In this document: in pieces, positions 21,586 to 30,162 of the stretch
Layout of the letters: each line of letters opens with the position of its first letter
Numbering within the stretch: position 1 is the stretch's first letter
NCBI GenBank assembly: GCA_045837725.1
Contig: JBEWZL010000101.1
Coordinates: 496,001-526,162 of the forward strand
Direction: 5' to 3'
Length of the DNA: 30,162 nt
Source of the DNA: Vermamoeba vermiformis
Lineage: Eukaryota
The notes under the pieces: generated by a model
What the model saw: the letters and a program-made list of their open reading frames with translations, nothing else
Database searches by the model: none
Told to the model about the DNA's origin: nothing
Translations under genes and position numbers: made by a program

Positions 21586-22214
21586 ATGGATCTTAAAGAA
21601 CAAAACGAACGAAGCTGCGAAGTTCTCGCTCAAATTATCAGACAACACGGCAAGCCAAATCCAAATTACCCCAAGTAAGTCTAATGTAAGAAATAATATT
21701 TTAATAATATTTTATGATTACCGGGGTATCGAATATTAGCAGTTTTCGAATTTAAATAAGCACTAGTTAATTTATGAATTTATTTTTTATGCTTGATGCT
21801 GAAAAATATCTTTTTAATAGTGACATTGACTTGGATTACGGTACTTTGCGTGTAAATGCCGAAGAGCAAATTGGTGGAATCATGGCCTTGCTTAAAAGCA
21901 TGAAGCAACGCGTAAGAAATTTAACGTTTTATTCAAGCTCAAATCCACGCTAAAATTTCGTTTTCCTGCGTAGAAAATTGTCGACTTCGTTGGTCCTATG
22001 TTGCACGATGACTCAACAGTTACTTTAATCAACGACTACTACCAAGAGTTCAAGACTCAACTGATCCGTTACGACGAGATCAAGGATAAAGTTAAAGGTA
22101 CGTGCAACCGCATTTTCTTTATATTTCCAATCCATATTTGCCTTTAATAAATATTTTTGCTAATATGTTACTATAGGAGAGATCACTGGTCACCAGAAGG
22201 TCGGTGGATGGTAA
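21586..22214 (+). CDS. Small Costars/ABRACL-like protein (113 aa, 4 exons; absent from the ORF track)
   Basis: Exons 21586-21674, 21821-21911, 21974-22097 and 22177-22214 give MDLKEQNERSCEVLAQIIRQHGKPNPNYPNDIDLDYGTLRVNAEEQIGGIMALLKSMKQRKIVDFVGPMLHDDSTVTLINDYYQEFKTQLIRYDEIKDKVKGEITGHQKVGGW. LLKSMKQRKIVDF.G..L.HDD resembles the Costars core LKAAKRRKIV.Y.GE.L...HDD. Confidence 0.7.
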
Positions 22215-22516
22215 AACCAAAAAAAAATCTACTTCAACTGTATTAATACACTAAGGCTCGCTCGTATATAAAATAATATTATACCTTGATTATCGAAATA
22301 TTGATGTTAGAGGCCAATGCACCGAGTCGCTGTTCCTGCTGAATTCATTGATCGGCTGGTAACCAATTTTTAGACTCCTAAGTTGACGACGTCAAATTGA
22401 CTTATTTAGTAGCAATTATAATATCGTCGTGGAGATAGAACGTTATTTGTCACGCAACATAAATTTTTTATTTTCTCTGTATGAAAATTGGCCCGCAAAG
22501 AGGTGGTTACGGATTA

Positions 22517-23059
22517 TTACTTGTGATTAGTGTTATTAGGAAATTGGTACAATCTTTGTTCTTCTTGCGAGTAGCGGTGCAGGACATCGAGGGGTGGCAC
22601 CACATCCACGAATCTGGAGTGCCTTCCACGTAGCTCCTCGAGTTCTGCTTGCGTGTAAACTGCACTATTTGTTATTAATTTAAATTGGTTGTTCCAATAA
22701 TCCTTGCAATACGAACGGCAATTGTTTACGGATTCCGTTTCAGATGTAGTTGCATCGCTTTCCATTTGCTGTTTAAAAACTTCGCCTGCATTTTGTTTAT
22801 ATTTGTTGTGTCACTTATATAGTTGTCTAATACAAGCGGAATATTCTTGGTGCTGCAAGGCGAGTCTTCGTTTTTCTTCTTGATCCAAAACTTGCATCTG
22901 CTTCGCATAAATTTCTTTTAAATATACGCCCGTGCCTAGCATTGCAACGCTAAAGACTAATAAGGAACCAGCACCTGCAGACAAAGAGCCGGCAATTGTT
23001 TTGCAGATCCGCTTGACAGAAAAAATACGTCCTCGTTGTGCTTGTTCTTGTGCAGACAT
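22517..23059 (-). CDS. Hypothetical single-pass membrane protein (2 coding exons; start uncertain)
   Basis: Exons 23059-22834 and 22785-22517 join in frame across a 48-nt GT-AG intron. One hydrophobic segment (SLLVFSVAMLGTGVYL), then a coiled region and CRSYC. Confidence 0.55.
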
Positions 23060-23283
23060 CTTGCTAGCTGTGTGTTCTAACAAATAAATAAGTGTTATTA
23101 ATTACGATAGTTTTGTTTCGGCCAAAAAACCAGCTGGCTGGCGATATGTTCTTTGCGCATAAAATTATTGCCGCCGTCGTAAGTAAATAAATAATGATAC
23201 TTTGTGAGAAGCAAACTTACCATTATCAGTGCTACAACGAGTAGAATTTCAATGCTCTAACATCTGGTTATTAATAAAAACTG

Positions 23284-25104
23284 TCATCCAGATCCAAGTA
23301 TGTTTGAGATCGCCTCTCGCACTTCTTTCGCTGTGGGACGATTGTTAGGATTAGCGTCCCAACACTTGATAATGAGCTGTCGGTAAGGCTTGGGACACAT
23401 AGACTTGTTAATTTTAGGCCTTTTTCCATCAGCAATTGCTTTGCGAATGTGATTTGTATCGTGCAAACCCTAACCAATCGTTAATCAGCCATTTCCTATT
23501 TCCAAATAAGGAAATTAGTATTTGAGTCGCTTACTTCCCAAATATTCTGTCCTGAGTGAAATATTTCCCAGAGAATCAATCCAAAGCCGTACACGTCTAC
23601 TTTTTCATTGAACGAGAACTCTTCAATGTCACGTGACTTTATTCGGAGCATCTCCGGTGCTTGAGATATAATACCACCGGCTCCCTACAATTAACTTAGT
23701 CCGTGGCGAAAGAAAAATTCGAGGTAATTATTTTACGTACTCGTTTGCGCTGGTAGACATCAGGGTTATTCAGTTCCGATATGAACATTGATAATCCAAA
23801 GTCACATATTCTCACACGCCAATCATTCGTTAACAAAATATTTTTGCTGTTGAAATCTAAGTGGATCACTTTCAACGTCTCGTGGATGTACACCAAGCCT
23901 ATCATACCAATCAAATATTAGTCTAATTATAGCAGTTATCGGCTACATATATTCCATACCATTAATTATGTCTTTGATTATAGTGTCTCTATGCTTGGCA
24001 AACTCGATGTTTGGATCCGGCGCTGAAGTTTTTGCTCGACGTCGTCCTGATTGATTTTGTATGTGTAATACGTCGTATAATGATCCCCTTGGACAATATT
24101 CCATAAATAGTAACTTCAATTCTGCTTGAAAATCTATAAATTGGACAACGTTCTCGTGCTTCGCTAGGCTAGAAAACTTAAGCCAGATCCGATTTGATTA
24201 ACGAGCTTTTGATATGTACCTTAATATATGCGCTTCATTTTCAATACTTTCTAATGTCTGTTTGTTATTATATTGCTTCACAGCGACAACACTATCGTTG
24301 TAATTTGCCTTCCAGATCTTGGAAAATCCACCAACGCCTACTACGTCCTCAAACTCGACTTCATTTGCATCGACTATAAGTCCGTTAATATTATAATATT
24401 AATGATATGTATTACCTTTTTCTCGTTTCTCTGGAGTAGATTCTTGTTGGGTAGCCGGATCTGCACTCGAAATTGTTAAGCTAGCCATGGACTGTTCAAT
24501 AGCCTTATCTTCTTTTGTTACATTTGCCTTATTTGGTAATTCAATAGGGCTGAGTTCTGTTGTCGGGTCGCTAACGTCACGGTGAACTTCGGTTTCGTCG
24601 CTGATCAGATCCAATTCGTTCAACAACGATAGCTCTTGGTCGTTTAAATAAAATTTTACCAAACTGAGGTATCCAGCCCTACATAATAGTAATTTAGCGG
24701 AAATTGACTGATCAAGCTGGATCTTACTTTTTGGTGAACGTTACACGGTCATTGTACAAAGAAAATTCGCCATTAGCAGGCATAATAGATGCATCTATAC
24801 CTTTAATATCCCATCTACCATATAGCGAATATTAATATAGGAGCTTTCAAACAGATCTGAACAACTTACACGAACTTGCATTGGTCGTCTTGCAGGATCT
24901 GAAAATTAATATCGAATTTTCCTTTATTTGGAAGCTTTTTGAGCAGATTTTTGCCTTGTTGAAGTGCTTTGTTATTTTCATTGTCCAATAAATACCACGC
25001 TAAAGTATACGGCGTTAGAGATTTGGTAATTCGACGATTAATAGCTTACTAGAATTATTATCGGCATTAATATTAATTTTTGAGCAATTTCCAGTAATTA
25101 ACAT
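23284..25104 (-). CDS. Tyrosine-kinase-like (TKL) protein kinase with an N-terminal extension; multi-exon, start uncertain
   Basis: VGVGGFSKIWKA, VAVK, HENVVQF, MEYCPRGSLYDVLH, VIHLDFNSKNILL, ICDFGLS, QAPEML, KVDVYGFGLILWEIF and CWDANPNNRPT. Stop TGA at 23286-23284. Confidence 0.88.
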
Positions 25105-25334
25105 GTAACTCTGGCTTTTTGTTTCGGAGATCGGCAAAATCTTCAAGCGTGCCGTCCATTTAGTTAATATTTCCATATGAAAATTAAATAAATATGAGCT
25201 ATGCTTGTTTCATGATCTTTATGGTGTTCCTTCGATTTTTAAACGGATAAAAAATGAAAGGCGGGAATTTGTTACTTCTGCCCCCGTTCGTCCCTTCAAT
25301 TTAACATATTTTATTTAATAACCGTACACAAACA

Positions 25335-26724
25335 ATGGCGCTTCGTAGAATACTTGGCTACTCTGTGCGTAGAGCCCAATATAAATTTACAAGGTCGATC
25401 AACTCAATGTTCGACATGTTTGACCAGTACTTGGGTCCTCACAATGGTGCAAGTATGTATTTACATATTTAGTAAATACTAAGAAGTATAATTAAATTAA
25501 ATAATCGGATAATTAACGCTAACCGTTGACAACAGATCTTGCTGTTCAAAATATTTCTGGAGCCTTCAAAAATTCAAATATTCCTAAAAGCGACTTATTA
25601 GGTAATTTCAAGACCTAAAATAATATTGGAAATATTTTTCTAATTTTTCTGTGCATTTTGATCTGCAGATCCGAAATCTAGATCAATCTTGCTCGCTGGA
25701 CATTCACATTGGGAGAATATTAAGCACAAAAAAGCACGTGCCGACAGTGCTCGAGCAAGCAAATTTCAGAAACTATCGTTAGAAATTACGACAGCTGTCA
25801 AACAAGGGGGACCAGATCTTCAGAGCAATTTACGATTGGCCCTGTTACTACAAAAAGCGAAAGAAATTAATTTTCCTAAAGACAGAGTTGAAGCCGCCAT
25901 TCAGAGAGTAAGCAAATACTAATTACCTATTCACATTAGTTGTTCGATCCTTAACTTGAGATGGATGTCGCTCCTGAGAAATTTCTGACGCGATAATTAG
26001 GGCTCTGGAAAAGGATCAGATAGTGCTGAGCCGATTATATACGAAGGCTATGGACCACAAGGCACAGCTATAGTAGTTGAAACATTGACAGACAATCGCA
26101 ACAGAACAGCGCAACTTATTCGCAAAATATTTTCAGATTATTCGTGCAATTTAGGCGCTACGGGATGTGTCTCGTATATGTTCAACAAATTAGGACAAAT
26201 AGTCATCCCTATGAACGTAAAAACTGAAGATGAAGTAAGTTAACCGGCATCCGCGGTTATTTTAATTTAAAGAGTTGTGATCAAATCATTAATGCGGATT
26301 AAATAATAATTTATTTTTAGATTACGGAGATTGCTTTGGAAGCAGGAGCTGAAGATATAAAATTTCCGGCTGTCGGAGAAAAACCTGAAGCTAAAGTAGG
26401 TTTATTTTAAAAATATTAATATTAATATTTTGTTATTTATAGCTAATTTGATACTAAATATGACAAATGTAACGTTTACTAATTTGGTTTCATAAATAGA
26501 TTTTTTGTAGAGTGGATGCGTTGTTCGATACCAAGACAGTCTTAGAAAGCAAAGGAATAATTCCGCGACAAATGTCGATCGTTCAATTGCCTCAATCGAC
26601 AGTTACATTCGCTAACGAAGAAAATTTAAAATTGTTCCAAGACTTTTTAATTGCGTTTGAAAATTGCGAGGATGTTGTAACCGTTACGCATAATGCAGAT
26701 CTGAAGGCTGAAGAGGACGAATAA
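25335..26724 (+). CDS. TACO1: YebC/PmpR-family protein (TACO1-like) with a probable mitochondrial presequence; 6 exons
   Basis: AGHSHWENIKHKKARAD, GGPDLQSNLRL, YEGYGPQGTAIVVETLTDNRNRT, SYMFNKLG, LEAGAEDI and EDVVTVTHNA. N-terminus MALRRILGYSVRRAQ. Confidence 0.92.
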
Positions 26725-26905
26725 ATAATGTAAGCTTAAGTGATGAATTTCTTTAATTAATTTTAAAACTACTTACCCAACACAAATCCGTTACAAATTT
26801 TTTTTTCCGAAATTTTTATGAAAAGAAGAGCTGTTGCGTTAATAAGACTGTGCGCATAAATTTATACTATTTATTAATCGTTTAAAACGCGCTGAGGGAT
26901 TTGTT

Positions 26906-29900
26906 TTACTGGCTGTTAAAGTCCAGGCACGTAAACGAATCGTCGCAATCTTTTTGACGAAAGACAATGAAGCGCGAGTTACACAACGGAGACAGTTCGC
27001 AATTAGGCGGCACATTGATCACGTGCTCCCAGTGCATAGTCTTCAAGTTCCAAATGACGCCTAGATCCGCTTTGTGACTTTGAACTAGCGCTCGACCGTG
27101 CTGATTTATCCCAGAACGCGCTGCAAATGGAAATTTCAATGAACATTAGCGGATCCGTAATTTTTATCTCGAATGGAGATAAATATGTTAAGATTTACCT
27201 GATTAGTCTTCAGAGCGTATAATTCTTTCATCATTCGCGTATCAAATAAGGTGACATAATGACACGAGGAATGCGCCACGTGAAATTCATCGACAAATTT
27301 CACTTTGAATTTGTTTCCTCTGTGGTAATAATTATGTTTGGGAACATATTCCATCGGGTTCATCACCATTTTCAAATTTCGATCGGCGATGCCCAATCTT
27401 GAGTTGTTCGTAGCCACGGCAATGGTATTATTGTACGGATTATAGGCAGCTGAGCCTATTGTGAACATATTCTCCGCTCCTTGTGGCTGTATTCGACCAA
27501 TTTGTTTGCCGAGCTCTAAATCGAAATAATACGCCTCTGCAATATAAAAAGAAATAAGAAAGTTAAGTCAATAAATGTTCGCGAAACTTTGAGATAGGTT
27601 CTTAAAATAGTCCCTAGGATTATATCCAAGCGTTGCAAATTAATTTTACTGCAAAAGAGTTCATCAGAGAAAACCTAATTTTCGGCACCGTGAAAATTAT
27701 GAAATGACACGTGTCACAAAGTATCATGAGTCGACTTGTGACGTCACTTACTATTACTAGTGAGTATAGTGTTGTTGCCTATTGATACCATAAATTCGCC
27801 GTAATAAGCGTTTGGAAACTGACTAAATGAATAAGTGTGTGTTTGGTCGTTTCTGTGAATAACAAACTCTCGGTGGAGATAAAATCCAAACGTCGGGATT
27901 GTTCCGCTACTGTCACTTTCAATAATATTGCAACCATTCAAGTAGGTTTGTTCGTGCCATTTGGCGCCGAAATTTTGAACCGTTTCGGTGTGACAATTCC
28001 ACAATTTGATTTGATTACGATCGTTAATTAGCAGCCAATTCTCGTCCATATCAAGCATTGAAAGCTTGGGAGAATAATTATAATTATCGGTGAACTCAAT
28101 TTCTCCGTTGGCTGCTGTCGCGATTCTTTTCACTGAAAATCTTCCGTTCTTCCAATTCGACGATAATCTAAAGAATATTAGCAATTAATACTATCGCATG
28201 ATAAAGTTGATAAATTCGAGCAATTGTAATATAGTCATTTTTACCTATAATGTTTTGCGTATTGGGCTTGCATTAAAGAGCGACTATCCGTTTTTATATC
28301 GGAATAAATTAGCGGAAAATCTTCGCGTAATTGCTTCTCGCCAGGCGCCACAATCTCGCGTAAATCTCGTCGTTCGCATAACGATTTGCACGTCAAAAAT
28401 AGATTCATGATCGTAATGGCATCTAAATCTTTGCAAATCATCATTGCTACCTCCGCGGGCAAATGATAGAACGGAAACTCTGTATTGCCAAAAATGGAAA
28501 TATTATCGATAATATTCACTGAACCGTCATCATTTGATATTTGATGCGCGTTACCTTAATGTGAATTATATTAATAATATTTATAAGTTAATTGACTTAA
28601 TGTTTTGCTTACGTGATACCATGTGATTATAAAGTGGTGCTTTCGATATAAATCTCAAGTTGGTGCATTGATAGACCCACTCGGATCCGCAAATAATCAT
28701 GCGATCAATTATTGATCGAAGAGTAGCCATACTTAACAAATTCTCTTTCATCAGTTCTTCAATGACCAACTGCAATTCTGCAAGTAATAATCGTTAAAAA
28801 TTACGGAGGAGAAATTTCATGGTAATTACTTACGTGGCGAAATCCGCCGTTGGAGTTTTGGCAAAAGAAGTAACAAGGCGCTCTTGCCTTTGTGATTCCT
28901 AATATAGTAATATCGATATTAGAATAATACTTCTAAAATAATGTCAATCGTACTGTTGTAAAAGCAATTTTTTCAACATTTTTGGCTCGACGTCGTTCAT
29001 CCAATCCAAGCTAGCTGAATTTTGAATAATATAATGCACAAAAGACATTCCGTTGCATTTTACTATAAAGGTGGTCTATAATTAGTACACGAATAAGGTA
29101 AACGTTTTCGGTGTAATTTAGGGTTAGGGTTTGACAACGGTAAAAATTATTCGTACCTCGTTCGAGATCAACATTTTTTGCCAAATAAGGAAATAAATAT
29201 GCCAATTTTTTGTATGTCAAGCAAAACACAAGCAACGGAACGCCGCTTTCACATTGACCGAGATTCAATTGCTTTCGGTCCTGTAACAGCTGAATCAATT
29301 GGATTTTGCGTTCATTTGATATATTTTCTGATAGCACTATCACGTATGGAATTGTTTTGATCGTTGGAAGTGGATAACGGATATTTTTTTGTTCGAACGG
29401 ATCTGCTCCTAAATCCAGTAGAGCAACGAATAATGAAGGGTATTCGATGGTGTTCCATAATGTCAATATTTTAAGCTTCAGTAATTCTGCGAGAATTGGG
29501 CTCAGTTTTTGCGCTCGATCTAGATCGCGGGTCCGTTCGGAATCTGCCTCAAAAATCAGTTCTGGTGGCCAGATTGCGCAATCCTCTTGATTATATAATA
29601 TAGATTGTTATATTTCATAATTATTCGGTCCAATGAGGGCTACTTACCAAAGAATTTAGCCCAACGAAAACTTTCTTCGTGTTTTTTCAATTCGCTCGGT
29701 TCTAATATTTGTTTTAGAATTAAATCCGCATCGTCTGCCGTTGTGTGGGATATTCTTGCATTTGGTATCGCCGAAATAATTATTGCTGTTTTTTTGGCGC
29801 CCTCCAAATCACCAGATCTGATTTTCTTTCGAAAGCAGTCAAATCGTTAGTTTATTGATATCTGTCGTAATTAATATGCATAATAATTTTTGTAATAATA

Positions 29901-30162
29901 TCTTACGTCATGCAACGTATTAAATAGCGTAGTTTTATCGAGTAAGGACATCTGTCTCCACAACTCGGATTCCTCAGTTATTTCCATCTGATCGAGCTCA
30001 ATATCTTCTATTTCGATGGACACGCGTATAATTGTGACTAAATTCAGTCTATTGTGTTCGGTCGGTCCCTACTAAACAAGGAATAATTTTTTCGAAATTG
30101 ATCTCGTTCCCTGTTTTTTTCTTTTACCGTTTTGAGCAGATCAACCATAGATGAAACAAGGA
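26906..30162 (-). CDS. Large multi-exon protein: degenerate ankyrin-like N-terminal region, central F-box and beta-propeller-like C-terminus; 5' end at or beyond the window edge
   Basis: F-box FYHLPAEVAMMICKDLDAITIMNLFLTCKSL followed by LSSNWKNGRF. Propeller-like IKLWNCHT, VTLFDTRMM and VIWNLKT. Upstream exons give LHDKIRSGDLEGAKK, ALLDLGADPF, NGMSFVHYII and NHKGKSALLLL. They can join the F-box exon in frame via TCA C|GTAAGC (28612) to TAAG|GT AAC (28554). Confidence 0.6.

Noticed and set aside
29117-29132. Telomere-like tttagggttagggttt in an intron
   Set aside because: Only two repeat units; could be a telo-box or chance. No evidence for an interstitial telomere.
1-30162. Prokaryotic operon, CRISPR array, transposon or alternative genetic code
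   Set aside because: Nearly all genes have GT-AG introns. TAA, TAG and TGA all act as stops at expected protein ends, and no in-frame stops remain in the genes I fully spliced. No repeat-spacer array or transposase motif was seen.

Overview
This is gene-dense, AT-rich eukaryotic DNA, probably from a protist (amoebozoan-like, but the lineage cannot be fixed from sequence alone). Introns are short (about 50-270 nt) GT-AG spliceosomal introns and the genetic code is standard. The ORF track shows only exon fragments, so I spliced the genes by hand, giving about 16: a partial secreted protein, an AIFM3-like Rieske/flavoprotein, a bacterial-type persulfide dioxygenase, an NHE/NHX Na+/H+ exchanger, a DUF4326 protein, two F-box proteins, a tandem DUF1538 protein, an MBD4-like glycosylase, a Zn-alcohol dehydrogenase, a Costars-like protein, a TKL kinase, TACO1/YebC and three unknown membrane proteins. 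Four things stand out. (1) The MBD4-like gene has its domain order reversed: glycosylase first, then an intact methyl-CpG-binding domain that only appears after splicing. (2) A GATC-centred motif (AGATCCG/CGGATCT-like) clusters in introns and seems to recur every ~135-150 bp through introns and exons, a candidate chromatin or methylation code that still needs a statistical test. (3) Both halves of the DUF1538 repeat carry an intron at the same codon position. (4) Several perfect palindromes recur in introns and intergenic DNA.
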